Source: Adineta vaga (Eukaryota; Animalia; Rotifera). From it: 64,000 nt of DNA. The notes beneath the pieces were generated by a model. That model had not been told where the DNA came from. It did not search any database and was given only the letters and a program-made list of their open reading frames with translations. Positions 1 to 13,569 of this stretch are shown piece after piece. Made by a program: the position numbers and the translations under genes. The stretch is from positions 496,001 to 560,000 of the forward strand of contig CP075493.1 of NCBI GenBank assembly GCA_021613535.1. The letters are read 5' to 3'. How positions within the stretch are numbered: the first letter of the stretch is position 1; each line of letters opens with the position of its first letter.

Positions 1-1421
1 TTTTCAAAGTACCTTATTCTTTGTAACACACAGTTTTGCACTACTTCGTGCTAGAGAAATTCTGATCAAATGCTTGGATTCCTCGTCATCACGGCTATCA
101 GAATCACTATTTAAAAAAGTTTTTGGGTTTTTCTCAAAACCACGAGCTTCTAGAAATCCTGTTCAACACCCTAATATTGCCGACTCAAAAACTCCATAAA
201 TAGAGAACTCTGAACTTCGGATAGTATCTCATTTGATAGAGCAACAAAAGATCTATGGAACCATATGTGCGCCGTCGGGGTGGGGAATGAGTGAGATTTG
301 AACGAGAGTGGGTCTTCGGAAAACCAACACAGGTTTTTGAAAAAACCATGGCTTTTTTTGTCAACTTTAAGGAAATATATCCGAAAAAACTTTGTTTTAT
401 GGATCGTGGTGTAGCTTTATGTAACAGATTGCTTAGATCGATCGACATTCTGCAGAACTCTCTGGAGAAGTATCTTGAATCTAGCTTTACTGAAGCCATG
501 TGAGAATTTGAAAACAATAAGGAAGGGTGGCAGAAGATTACCTGCTTATAACCCAGCACATGTATCTTTTTCGTCTAACTGGGCTTCCTTTGTTCTATAT
601 TATTTTATCTGCTACTTTCTTTTTGTTCTGTGCTGTGTGTTGTTTGGATTGCTTCTTGATGTATGTCTTTCATTAGCCAATAGCTCCGACACAAAAACAT
701 TCACACTTGAACACATTCTTCCCCGCTTTTATTCTTCTTTTTATGCTTGCAAAACACGGCGTTTCTGATAATTAAAATATTAACATTACTATACGGATCT
801 ATTAAGACATATGTATCAATGGAAAATAGTACAGATCCAAAATAGTTCACCAGAGTTTTGTAGAATGTCGATCGATCTAAGCAATCTGTTACATAAAGCT
901 ACACCACGATCCATAAAACAAAGTTTTTTCGGATATATTTCCTTAAAGTTGACAAAAAAAGCCATGGTTTTTTCAAAAACCTGTGTTGGTTTTCCGAAGA
1001 CCCACTCTCGTTCAAATCTCACTCATTCCCCACCCCGACGGCGCACATATGGTTCCATAGATCTTTTGTTGCTCTATCAAATGAGATACTATCCGAAGTT
1101 CAGAGTTCTCTATTTATGGAGTTTTTGAGTCGGCAATATTAGGGTGTTGAACAGGATTTCTAGAGGCTCGTGGTTTTGAGAAAAACCCAAAAACTTTTTT
1201 AAATAGTGATTCTGATAGCCGTGATGACGAGGAATCCAAGCATTTGATCAGAATTTCTCTAGCACGAAGTAGTGCAAAACTGTGTGTTACAAAGAATAAG
1301 GTACTTTGAAAAAGCGTTCCATCGGGTACTTGGTATTTGGGCAACAGCTCTTGAACAAAACGTCCTAGAACTTTCGTTCAAGAGCAAAAAAGTCTTAGAA
1401 CTGTCTATTACACAAGCCCTG
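1..1421. mobile_element. Foldback/MITE with long TIRs, left end cut by the window edge; hAT-like right terminus
   Basis: Bases 1-~460 are the near-perfect reverse complement of ~853-1312, which explains the mirrored ORFs 185..559/811..1128. The right arm continues to ...CACAAGCCCTG at 1421 (reverse complement CAGGGCTTG, a hAT-like start). The TSD cannot be checked. Confidence 0.75.
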
Positions 1422-1900
1422 AAAGTTTCAAACGATTTGGGGAGGGTCGGTGTAAAAGTGTCACAAGTCCCATGAAAACACCGAGATATAATCTGGTGCC
1501 ATCTTTATTCCATTCTAATAAACTACACAGAAAGGCTCGAAGCATGCTTATATAAATGATCGTTAACATCGATCAGTCTATTGACTATTGAAAAAGAATA
1601 GTTGTCCATGACCGTGAATATCTTCATCAAATTTTTATTTATAGATTTGAGTAGTTATGATTAACAACAATGATGACAATTCGTATCTCTTAATACCAGC
1701 TGCTACTACTATTGATCATAATGAAAGTTCATCTTCATCAGATGATAGTAATCTTGAAGTCACTTCTGTGACTGACGAATAAGAAAACGAATTGGTCCAA
1801 CTCGATCATTTATGTTTAAATTCAGATGATACAACTGATGATGACATCCCAGTTTTACAACATTCGACAATATCAAATGATCTTAATGTTCCGTTATTAA

Positions 1901-4020
1901 CCCTTTCACAGCGATATGGCCCATCGGTGGGGCCACGCTATACTTTAAGAAGAAGCTGTATAGAAAAGCACTTTCTTCTGCTTTTTTTCCTTTGGTGGGA
2001 CGTTAAATATAGTCTGTCATCTGCACTGTCTTTGATATTATTTTAGTTCTTTATTCCATAAGATGATGCTTTTGGTTAAAACATTCAAGACAAAAAAATT
2101 TATCACAGTCAGGACAGAAGGTTTTTATTTTCTTTGCTACTGCATAGCTCACTTCCGTTGATTGTTGTTCTCTGTTTTTTTCGTAGCAGCCCGCACAGCG
2201 TCTACGGACATCACGGACAGATCCCTCCATTTCTTCAAGCTTGTGATCCGCCAACTTGCGTTTCGTTTGGCTTGTTGAACGTTCTCTCGGACCAGGTTTT
2301 AGATTCTCGTATGGTACACCAAGAAGTAAAGACCGCACGAGACTTTCACGAAATTGTAGCATTGTCGCACGACTTGTGTCATAATTTTCTTTGTAAATCA
2401 AGTAAGCATTCACTATCGACATTCCAAATATCATTTCAAATGCCACCTTGTGATACCATTTTTTGGACCGTCGAAGACATGTATAGTATGTTGATAACTG
2501 ATCAGATAAATCTACACCTTGCTTTTCCTGATTGTAATCGAGGACAACCTGTGGCTTCGTGATGCGTTCATTGAGTTTATTAGTTTTTTCGGTGTCTACC
2601 AAAGTTGTTGAATGCGATGGCTTTGTAGATATCATCAAAAGATCTCTTTTATCTTTCCACTTGATTCGTTTTATACCATTGTTACACTGAAGTCCATAAA
2701 CTTTGTCAAGTTTGAGCTTTTTCTGAACTACATCATGTCCCGATCCAGTGCGATTGCTTCTCAATGTTCCAATAAGATAAGTATCGTTTTGCAATAAGCT
2801 TTCTGCGAGAGAAATACTTGTAAAGAAACTGTCAACTACTACAGTTCGATGACATTCGAGGAGACCATCTGTCAAATCCAGTACGACAGTTTGAGCGTGC
2901 CCAAGATCAGCCGTTGGATCCTGCTTACTAGTATAGATCCTAAAATTCCAGGTATATCCGTTGATAGCTGCCAGCTTGTATATCTTGACTCCATATTCGT
3001 GTGCTTTTCCAAGAATATATTGTTTGAATAAAAGTCTTCCGTTCCATGATACCATTGTTTCGTCAATAGAAATAACGGAGTCAGGAACATAAGTTGACTT
3101 GAATCTAACTCTCAATAAATCTAAGACTGGTCTAAGCTTGAACAATCTGTCTTGGTCTGCATGCTCCTCTTGGTTATTGGAAAAATGAAGAAATTTGAGA
3201 AGTAATTCGAATCGATCTCTTGACGTCGTATTTTGAATGACTTCAGATCCAAATAACTTGTTTTTGCTCCAATAATATTCTATTTCTAGCATTTGTACTA
3301 GTCCCATTTCAATAATTATTCCAAAAAATTTGAGCATTTCTTCATAAGTAGTTGGTTTCCACTGAAGAGTTTTCGATCATCTGGTGCGCTCCTGCGTTTT
3401 CGTGAGTTGCTCTGCATATCGATTGGTTTCACGAACCATGAAACTTATAATCTCATCAGTGATGAAATGTCGGTAGCAATCAATAGGATTGATCGCACCA
3501 TCTTCCAAATTTGCCGATATTTCTTCCATAATCCTCTGAGAATTCGGTATCCGATTCTGATTCTATTTCGTCCTAGACTTGTGAATCCATATCTTCATCA
3601 CCATCACCCGTAACTTGTTCTTCAAAGCTTCATGACTCGAATTGCATTCTTGAAAAACCATTATCCAAACTGCTCACATCACTCTGTGAGTCGCTGCTTT
3701 CCTCTGTATCCGTTTCTCAAACAGCATGTAAATTGAAAATTTTGAACAATGTGAGTTGTGTTTATTTCGTTATCTGGACTATAATGATGTCTGTATTTAT
3801 ATATACATTTATGAGCAAATTGGAAAAATTCCATGTATCACAGAACAAAAGAGGATAGAAAAAACCAACGTTGCTTATCTTATTGGAAAAATCCTAATGA
3901 CAAAAGGGATAGTTCCCATAAACTGAAAATACCCATAAGTACATTTCTTGAGCGTGAAAATGGAGGAAAATTGATATATTGAAGCTGCTTTCTTCGAAAA
4001 ACCGAATCGCGGTGAAAGGG
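1901..4020 (-). mobile_element. piggyBac transposon (2120 bp)
   Basis: TTAA TSDs at 1897-1900 and 4021-4024. TIRs CCCTTTCACAGCGAT / ATCGCGGTGAAAGGG. Confidence 0.93.
2051..3730 (-). pseudogene. piggyBac (PGBD4-like) transposase; 428-aa open C-terminal part 2051..3337, N-terminus disrupted
   Basis: Catalytic motifs SIDETM, VVVDSFFTS and GVDLSDQ, plus KWYHK and a C-terminal Cys-rich domain (RRRCAGCY...FCPDCDKFFCLECF). In-frame TGA at 3377-3379 lies within the upstream FITDEIISFMVRETNRYA..WKPTTYEEM region. The 5' boundary is approximate. Confidence 0.88.
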
Positions 4021-5020
4021 TTAAATGATATCGATGCTTCATTATCAGAAGATAATGAAGTTTCTATGCTCAATGTTTCAAATGAAAAATCTTCTGTCCC
4101 AGTTGCAGTTTATGGTAGTGAACCTAATGGTACAACATCACAAAAACGTAAACGTCAAGCATGGTCTGTCAAGGAAAACCTTGCAGCAACTGAAAATTAT
4201 GAGAAATCAAATAGTAAACATTCAACAGCAAAAGCTATTGGATGTACAAGATCTCAATTATCCAATTGGATAAAGAAGAAAGAAGAACTGAAAAATCTTA
4301 GATCATCGAAACAAGGTATGCTGCTGACTTCTACAATTTATCTCTACCGGATCGTTTAAACACATGTTTACATCTTGTGTTCATTTTAGGAAATAAACGA
4401 AAAAAACTCAAAAGTGGTGGAAAAAAACTTAAATATGCCGATTTTAATGATCATTTGATTAGATGGTTCAAAGAACGTCGAACACCTCCTACACCAGTTG
4501 TTGCAGTGAATAAGGTTCAACATGAAAGGATATCATTCAAACAATTACTTCGATGAGATGAAGAATTATCAATCGAATTAAAACATGAAGCACTATCAGT
4601 CAAATGGTATCGAATGTTTATGCAAAGACATAATTTATCTTTACAACGTCCTAAAAAGAATCAAAAGATACCACTGTGTGAAGTTCATCAACGTACTACA
4701 AGCTTCTTTAGTTATCTTCGTCGAGCAAGCACTTGGGGTCCAAAAAGAAGTACTAGTGACTTTTCATATATGTTGTGATCCATTTTATTTGAATAAATAA
4801 TATCTGAATATTTCCCTCTGGGAACATTTACATTAAAAGATGTGTGCAATTTTGACGAATCATCTTTATGTCTGTTTGGAGATCAAAACTCTCGAACTTT
4901 GAATTATGTGAATGTCGACAATGAAGTTAGTAATTCAATCGGTACAAAAGTAAGTCTTATGTTGATGATCTAATTGAAAATAAATGAAGACTAATTTGTT
5001 AATCTTAATAAAACTTTAAT

Positions 5021-5912
5021 CATGGACGGACAATTCGTCGCAGACTATTCGTCGCACAATTAATTAGTTGTAATAAGATTAACAAAATATACAGGTAGAG
5101 AGAGAAAAACATCATATACAGATGTTGATGTTTGTACAACATAAACCATCTAATGAGACAAATTTAACAAAAATTATGTCTGGAAAGCTTAGAACTGTTG
5201 TCTAATGTAGCTTCTTTGAGTAGTTTTTCATCGAAGATCATCTGAAAAAGGAATTCGTAAGACTTGGCAAATAAGAGATACCCAGGCAGTATATTATATG
5301 TGACATTTAATAGTAGTACTAACTGAAATTATGATCTGCCGAAAATCAATATTGAGAAATAGAATTTGTTTTTTATATAACGAGTATTATTGTAAACTAA
5401 GTTGGATTTTATGAAAAATCTTCCAGTTTCGATTAGCAAAGATAAAATTATTTTAAAATAAAGAAATCGATATTTACTGAATGAACCATAGTAAATGCAT
5501 GAACTCTTTCTTTGAATACTTTTGTGGAGTCGAGGTTTCTTGGAACCTTTACTTGACTGATGATAATAGAAGACGCTTAATATGTGTAACGAAATGAAAT
5601 TTTTGTCTCATGATCGCATGAGTAATATTTTCTTTTAGAAAACTTTCTGACAAATTACCGGGGTAGTTTCAATTCCGTTTTACCTGTTGGAACTGCGTAA
5701 ACATTTTCTATCATGTTTTGAAATTACTTAGTATTTTCTGTTTCGAAAGACCAACAGAATATTAGGTTTCACTTGATGTTACCAACAGAACTATTGATAA
5801 TTCTGTAGTTTTCTTATTAATTGAATTACATATGGAGCTATGTTAATTAATAAGAAATAATTTTTCTATGTGAATCAATTATGATATATTTGCGACGAAT
5901 TGTCCTAGCACC
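5021..5912. mobile_element. Non-autonomous Mutator-like element inside a pogo intron
   Basis: Subterminal inverted repeat GGACAATTCGTCGCA / TGCGACGAATTGTCC. Flanking direct repeat ACTTTAAT at 5013-5020 and 5913-5920. The superfamily call is inference. Confidence 0.6.
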
Positions 5913-7014
5913 ACTTTAATATTGTATTGTAGCGTTTTTTAACCGTTATTCCAACGGTTTTTCCCGAAGAAAATGATCGAATTGGACCAACCTTATTATT
6001 CAAGGGCAAGGGTCGTGTCTTACAGAAGGAAATTAACAAATATTCGAAAAATGTGAGTTTTTTTTGCTCCAAACGCTGTTGTAAATACTGAAAGTATGAA
6101 AGGATTTGTGGATCATTGGTGTTCTCGAGTAAGTTTCTAAAATTAATCTTTCACAGTAAACCTGGTTCTATAGATTAGTACTTTGTGTTTTATTCTTATA
6201 ATATCTAGTAGACAGATACATAGAAGAAAATTAAACCAAAACATAAAATTAGCAATTACACCGATACATCTGAATTAGTTCAATACACTACTTTCTGCCA
6301 GCTACAGATGTGTTTTTGGTTAATGATGGTAACTCGAAATCAATGATGAGCGACTCATGCAAAGTTCATTTAACACCACCATCTAAACAAAGTCTACGTC
6401 AAAAACGTATTGTTTTGGGAATCATCCCCAAAGAGTGCACTCAGTACTTGCAGATACTGGATACTCACGTTCTCTCAACTTGTAAGCAGCATCATTTCAA
6501 TGCATCTGAAGAATTTCTAGATAAGAATGGTCCTTGAAGTCGACTTAAACTTAGTACATCTCTATCCAGAATTATTTATACACGTTTAACATGGGAAGCA
6601 TGGAAACGAACATTAATATCGATCAATCTGATGAAAGAGTTTTTATAAATGGGATATATTTGATCAGAATTATCAGTTGTGACTCCTCGGACATTACGTG
6701 GCTATGTCTATGATCCTAATGAAGTAAATTCAGTCGAAATTCAAATTGATGATGAAGATCACAATACAGAAAATCGCATTGAAGATGAAGCAGTTTCAGC
6801 GAATGATCTACAAACACAATTGCCTTTGAAAACAGGTGGTGAACAGATGAAACTGTTTGACACATGGAGAAAAAAAACATTAGTATATTTGTATCTTTGA
6901 TGTAAATGTATGTTTTAATTTTCAAATACTTTCTGTTTTATATTTATGTTTGAAAAGATGATGCAAAATAAAATTGGATGAGGTTTGCCAATCTTCTCAT
7001 GGATAAAACCTTAA

Positions 7015-7085
7015 CCCGTTCACCACGATGGGACCCACCGATGGGTCTCATATCATTGTAAGAAAATTGAATCGTGGTGAATGGG
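7015..7085. mobile_element. 71-bp minimal piggyBac MITE
   Basis: TTAA at 7011-7014 and 7086-7089. TIRs CCCGTTCACCACGAT / ATCGTGGTGAATGGG (14/15 match), similar to the ends of the 1901-4020 element. Confidence 0.85.
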
Positions 7086-8742
7086 TTAAGATCTCAAATA
7101 GTAGGACCCTCTGAAAAATTTATTTACTTTTCCAGTTTAGAAGGTCCAGGGTTTTTTATTGCGGGGTAAAGGGGTTTACATTGTTTCATCATTTCGGTTG
7201 TCTCTGTATTAAGAGACAGTGCATGACTGGATCAAGAAGTCCCGTCAAACAAAAAATTTTGACCCCCTTTTCAAGTATCGTAAATGAAAGAGCATGTAAA
7301 AAACACATAAATCCAAAGTTTTAGCCTTTTTGAAGTTACCTTTGCATGGATCAGGACTCGAAACGGGTCTCATTTTTGTGGTCCGACTCAGACTTGGAAC
7401 CAGACAGGCAGACCGGTATCAGACCGTCCGGTCTTCACCGTTTTTTTACCGGTCTTTTTCTAGTCTTAAAAACTTTAAGAGCACTAAAACTTACCTATTT
7501 TACTCACTTTTGACGGTTTTCATAACTTCATTGATCATATGACATGACTGTGGAAGTTTCCCGATGATAAATTTCTATAAACTTCGGGATTTATCAGTCT
7601 GAGATCGAACACCTTCGTTAAACTGACGTAAAAAGACTATTTTCCGAAAATATTGATTGGTTAACTAATGCGAGAAATGCACCGGTTTGGGAACGAATTT
7701 GGACCGACTGGTTACCAGTCGGTCCAGTCCGGCCCACAGTGGCCCATGTATTTGCTATGCCCATCTAAGTGAAACAATGTTTAGCTCAGCCCGACCCGAG
7801 CCTGAAGGATAGTTTAATATAAATATTTGCTCTTTTTTATTAGAAGCAAACAATTCTTATAGTAATAAGCAATGTTTCCAAAAAGCAAATAGCTAGCATT
7901 ATGATGTCTCCAATGGAACTTAATTAGGTGCATAATATTCTTTCACTATGAAATTGTCTGAGTTAAATATAAATGAACTGAATAACATGATATTTTAAAG
8001 CATATTTTGATATGACAATCGTAATAAGACATAACTCATTGTAATAAGTCTCTGAATTTTTAGTAAAATAAGCCTGAGTGAAGTGTATCATGTATGTAGA
8101 TTATATCGTCTTACACTGTGATCAATTAATGAAGTAGGACTCAATGAACGTTTGTGCAGATGTATGATCAAAAAATGTGGATAACCAGTTTTTATAGGTT
8201 AACCTTAGTTCATTATAGACACATATGATTTCTAGATGTCATTAACATTGAATAGTAAGATTTTCTTATTACATGCGGACTATTTTTGTAAATTAGCTAA
8301 CTTTTCATATTATTAAAGTACAAGAGTACTTTAGTTAAAAAGTATAGAACTCATAAAACTTTCCACTGTGTATCGTTCTATACACAATAAATTCATCTGT
8401 TAGTTAAGGTCAAAGTATAATATAAGCTGGTACGCATTATTCCGAATATTAATGATGATTTATTTGTATAGAATCTCATCTCTAAAAACACTTTTGTATT
8501 AATTAAATTTGATAGTACATTATAGAACGTAATATGTAGATGAGAAACAGTATCGATTTTGAGAAAAGGAAGTATCAATATTATTTTTGGTATTGAGACT
8601 CAGTTTTTGTCTGTAGGATGCTGAAAAATACTCGCATCGGCATAAGAAATATGAAATAACACAGAAAATCATGAAAACATGACTAATATCGTCGGCCTGG
8701 GCTAGCCCAACAAAAGGTTTGGTCTACCCAGCCCAGAATTAG

Positions 8743-9132
8743 ATACCATTAGATGCAGAATTAAAATCTGAATCTTTTAGTAGAATCTTAATTCATATCG
8801 TGACGCCATCTTTAAATATTGGTGTTTGATATCATTTTGTGAACTTTTCTTTCCACCGAAAATTCAGCTGAAGTATCCCCAGGATTGAATCAAAAAATGA
8901 ATTTGAGAAAAAATTGTTTTTACTGTTTAGTTGCTCATCATCTCCTGTCCTTTTATCGTTTTATCATGCAGGAAGCTGTTTACCACTGCTGAAACAAGTT
9001 TTATTCACAAATTTATTTTTTGATTCAATCCTGGGGATACTTCAGCTGAATTTTCGGTGGAAAGAAAAGTTCACAAAATGATATCAAACCACTACTAAAA
9101 GATTCAGATTTTAATTCTGCATCTAATGGTAT
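8743..9132. repeat. Foldback inverted repeat (MITE-like)
   Basis: 8743-8783 and 8826-8898 recur in reverse complement at 9016-9132, e.g. GATATCATTTTGTGAACTTTTCTTTCCACCGAAAATTCAGCTGAAGTATCCCCAGG. Confidence 0.75.
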
Positions 9133-10726
9133 TTAAAGTGTCAGGAACTGCACGATATGCAAAGTTAAGTTCCTATACTTCTGCCACAAAACCATGGGAA
9201 AGTACTAAAGAATGGTGATTTTTACTCATCTTTTGGTTCGAGTGAAAGTACTATGCGCATCTTTTTTTGGATTCCTTTTTAGGTGTATCTGGTGCAGTTT
9301 CTTCCGCTCAATGGAATCCATAAAGAATCATTGTCAGCATGACCTTTTTTCTATACAGTTTATCATAAGATTACTGAAAGGTTTTCAGTGAAAACTACCA
9401 CAAATTTTTAAAACAATTCGGCGGATTTTTGGCAATTTTTATTTGATAGACGTATTTAGAATTTATGTAAAGATATTCTAAATATGTAGTTTTGTAGAGT
9501 TCAATTTGCTCTGTCGTTTGACATAGTGCTCAAATTAATTGAACGATTTTTGGGCGAGAAAATAATCAAATCGACCTGTGGAAGAAGGTGACTTTTATAT
9601 CCATACGAAAGTGCTCGAGTCAGTCAGGGACCATCTCTTAAAAATTAGAACAAAAGAGTGTTCGCAGGTGTTTGCGACCACAAATTGTGGAAGTATGAGT
9701 GCTTGCAGCAGCAATTTACGTACTCTCTTAAAAATCTGGGTGTTTGTGCTGTTTGCATAAATTGGTGATATTCAAATATATGGCTTATACCTCTTGTAGA
9801 TTAGACGATTTAGTATTTACATTCTTAGAAATTTTTTTCCAGTGAATCTTTAATACATTTCAAGATAGAATTTAATTAATTTACTTTAGAAATATTTCGT
9901 TTTCATTTATAATATAGTGCTCTACACATAGGGAGCTAGTTGAAGTAGATGTTTTACATACTTTGTATTAAGGATCAACACAGTTCAGCTCTAGTTCAGA
10001 ACTGTTCACTTTTCCAGAAATATCAGGTCGTCGAACTGAACTGTTCTAACAGTTCTTTTCAATGAACTTAATTTATCGATCAATTAAAGTCATCTGAACT
10101 CTATAACCAACTCCTTTTAAGGAAAACTGAAAGATATATTTCTCATCTGCGATGGAGGAATATCCTTGGATCCTGATACTCTACTGATCAAAGATATCAA
10201 GACCTAAGGAACTCAGGCTAAATGATATTGATATGACTACCTGCCATAATATCACTATAGTACCACTCCACTTATTCGTGCATGTGTAGCTTTTGGCTAT
10301 GGTTATTTCATGTTGTTATTTGTTTCTCTTTTGATCTTGGTCCTTCACTCTGTATAAGCGTGTGTTGTATTGTCAAGATGTTATCTTTTGGATATTAGAG
10401 GTAGCTCGATTAACAGTTACATTGCGAAAAGCGCTTAGTTGCTTAACCAACTTCTCGGTATTTCAAGGATGCCTGCACAATATAGTAGCTGGGACTCAAG
10501 GGTATCCTCATAGTATAGGCTTGGGCACCTAAGAATAACGTCGCATGGCAGAAAAGCGACATATCTTTCAGTATTGCTTAAAGGAAGTTGGTCACAAAGT
10601 TCAGTTTGTTCAAATGAGCTATGTGATCGGTTCTTTCGTTCATTTGAACAGAGTTTTTGAGCTTGTCTGCCACTATTCTTTACCTGTTTTTGTCGTCAAA
10701 AACGTTACAGAAAATGCAAAAAATGT

Positions 10727-11152
10727 TTATGAGTTTATAGCAAAATCTCGTGTCGAGTTCATGAGAAGGAGAATTTCATCTTGTAAATTATCCCATGGAA
10801 TTCTCTGGCCCTTTTTATTTTCCAACCAGAACTCAAGCACCTTTTCATCTTTGTGAAATTTGTTAACACGAACTTCATCGTTTTCGACGTCAACAAACCG
10901 CATTTCACCATTGTCCTTGTCTAAAAAGACGTCTTCGTGTCGTAATTCGCCATGAATATCTATTTCTCGATAGATGTGTGTTGGAGAACGGTCTTCTGCT
11001 TTGACACCCTTGACCCATCGAGGACAATATTTCTCAGCGTGATAGACTTTGTCGAGCATGGCCGCCCACACACGATCGAATGGTGCTGTTATTGTATACG
11101 GCGAACTATAGCCAAGGCCTACAGTTTTCTTTTCTGAAACGTGTGAAGACAT
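10727..11152 (-). CDS. 141-aa SRPBCC/START-fold protein, AtaL (DUF1857)-like
   Basis: Intact, intronless ORF. The motif ITAPFDRVWAAMLDKVYHAEKYCP..VKGVKAEDRSPTHIYREI..GELRHEDV..MRF fits the AtaL/DUF1857 pattern (VWxxLxxKxxxPxxF.P). The family was recognised by eye. Confidence 0.72.
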   Translation of the reverse strand: MSSHVSEKKTVGLGYSSPYTITAPFDRVWAAMLDKVYHAEKYCPRWVKGVKAEDRSPTHIYREIDIHGELRHEDVFLDKDNGEMRFVDVENDEVRVNKFHKDEKVLEFWLENKKGQRIPWDNLQDEILLLMNSTRDFAINS

Positions 11153-13569
11153 TTTGCGTTTTATCTACACAGAAAAAGATAATTGTAACAAATGTAACTA
11201 TTTGCATGTCAATGAAATATTCGCTTATGTAACTGAATCAGAAGGTGCCCATCTACATCAAATGAAAAGAAGAAGATACGATCAAAAATCAAAATCGAAA
11301 TGTAAGACCATAATCGCTTTGAAAGAATATCGAGTTAGTTTTCGTCGCAATGGATACCTGTACGTTGCCTAGACAAGACGATTTCAAAAGAAGTGCACTA
11401 CTCGTGCTGCGAAAAAGTGATCATTACCGATTTCTTTTTTCTGCTTATGACAGATCTTAAACCCTGCCGATCTGTCTTACTATATATATTCGTACATGAA
11501 TCTTTTCGAAAGTCTAATGTCAACTACTAAATTTCCTTGAAATTCAGGACATCACTCTCCGTGTTTTAGGATTCAGTATGGCTTTCTTATTTTTTCAGAG
11601 CGGTGGCAACTTTACCGCTGTTAATGTCCATTTGTTAAGTGTAGAATTCCACATCATTGAAACTAACCATCTTTTAGAATGGCAAAGCGTTGTGATAAAA
11701 TTTTAACAAATATAGATGAAAGTGAAGATTGAAGTTTGAGATAAAGACTAAACATGCAGTAGTATTGTGGCGTTTGCCTGTAAAGGATTCAAAACTGAGA
11801 AAAAAACAAGATGTCACGGATTGTGTATAGGCCTAATAGTATTGTAACTCGTCTAAATTGAAATATGTAACGAGTAAGGTTGGATTCGAATATGCCTACA
11901 ATATGTCACTTTTTCATCATTTCGATTGTTGAACTGTACGATCAAGTGGTTAACTTCCACATGTTAGTATATTCTCTGCTAATGGTGATGCATTTACAGA
12001 ATCACGTATGTGTTTAAATGCTGATAAGTTAAATCAACTGATGCTTATAAAAAAATTATTTGACTCAAAAATCTATCACGAATATATCATTACAAGAGAC
12101 AATTACAACAGTATTGACATCCAGTAATCAGTTAAGAACGAATGGAAATTTTGGCAATGTTTTGAATCATGGAGAAAATTATTTTGGAGAACAAAAAGAT
12201 AACACACCGTATTTTGATAATGTTTCGTTTTTGTAAATTTTCTAAAAGAGACTAAAAAAGTAATTATGTATTAGTATATGTATACTACTGGATTTAAAAC
12301 TATCATTTTTTGAAAAGAGATAGTGTTTTTTTTAATAATTTACTGAAATAATTTGCTGAACTAACCATTAAGAGGTTTGTAAAAGATAAAGAAAAAATGC
12401 TTTGCCTGTCACCAAAGGTTTCCGATTTCAGTTTTTTTACAGCATGGAATCGAAATCGCTAAACTTTACTATTTTCAGGATAAGAATCGCCCATAACTAT
12501 TTAATATCTCTGATTTATATTATCTGTGAACTGTCTGCGGACGAATTCTTAGACATTCACCACTCACAAGAAGTAAGATTCGAGGGAAAATAGTTTTGTT
12601 CAGTAGTGTAAGCTAGCTCCTCAATCGTAATCCATTGATGAATGGACTGTATACATATAATGTTTGTTATCTGTACCGTACAAAAGCTCATAAAAGCAAT
12701 AGATTGAATAGTCTTCATCCCTTCTTTTACAAAACTAAAGCCACGAGAAAACAATGTCGGTTCAACGTCGTCAAATACTGATCTCAATTATGTGGCGTCA
12801 TCCGGTTACTAAAAAGTATTCGTTTCTAGCCTTACCTGTTTATACGATCAAAATAATTACAAATGCTTGCTACTATAAAACGATACGCATATTTATATCG
12901 TTCTGTGTCTGTTACTTTTATTTTCTCACTCTCTTCTTCTGTCTCTCTATCTATCTTATGTTTCTCTCTTGATTCTCTCCAGAAAACGAAAACAAACCAA
13001 ACCGAAATAAGTTTTAAAAAGTAAGTGAAGCTACACTCTAAAAAAAGGTACTTTGCTGAACTTTAAAGATTCAGTAATTCTGTGCCGAACTATTTCAAGT
13101 TCAGCAAAGTGGAAAACATTCGTATCCATCGAAGAAAACCTTTTTAGATTCAGAAATACATACACAGTTCCGTAAGTGTTCGAAGGTTTTTATCCTATGC
13201 ATGAAACTACTAGTAGTTTTGTAGACTCTTTGAGTGTTCGATATATACAGTGCACGATGCTTCTGGCTGTTTTGCATATTTTGTTCGAAGCTATCGGCAG
13301 TTCGCTAGATGTTCTGCAGTTTTCGTGTATTTGTGCGGTAACTACTAATTGCTGTCCAGATTTGCTGAAGTTTTAGCGCGCTCTGTAGGAAAACATCGCT
13401 AAGTTTGTTCATACTCGGAGGGTCCCGTCGTTTTCTTATGAAGTCTGGCATACAGGAAGAGCCAGAAGTCTTAGTCATTCAGAGAAAAACTGCTGGTTCT
13501 TTCTTATAAAAAGCTCAAAAATACTTAAACTTTGGTATCTTATCTCTTGGAAGCAGGCGAATATTACCT

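Larger units (their letters stand above)
1645..6900 (+). pseudogene. Decayed pogo/Tigger-type (Tc1/mariner superfamily) transposase gene with introns, interrupted by piggyBac and Mutator-type insertions
   Basis: HTH-like KRKRQAWSVKENL...AKAIGCTRSQLSNWIKKKEEL (4150-4310). CENP-B-like HTH HLIRWFKERR...KWYRMFMQRHNLSLQRP (4450-4650). First catalytic motif NFDES (~4850), GPTLLFKGKG (~5985), DSCKVH and TQYLQILD (6350-6465, DDE_1-like). Several in-frame stops (1780, ~4555, 6535). Confidence 0.75.

Noticed and set aside
185-1344. Duplicated ORFs 185..559/811..1128 and 291..503/816..1022
   Set aside because: These are mirror artefacts of the inverted repeat with no recognisable domain. The same applies to 18824/22449 and 13690/13838.
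7215-7741. Possible Transib-like element ending in CACAGTG
   Set aside because: No convincing matching left TIR or 5-bp TSD.
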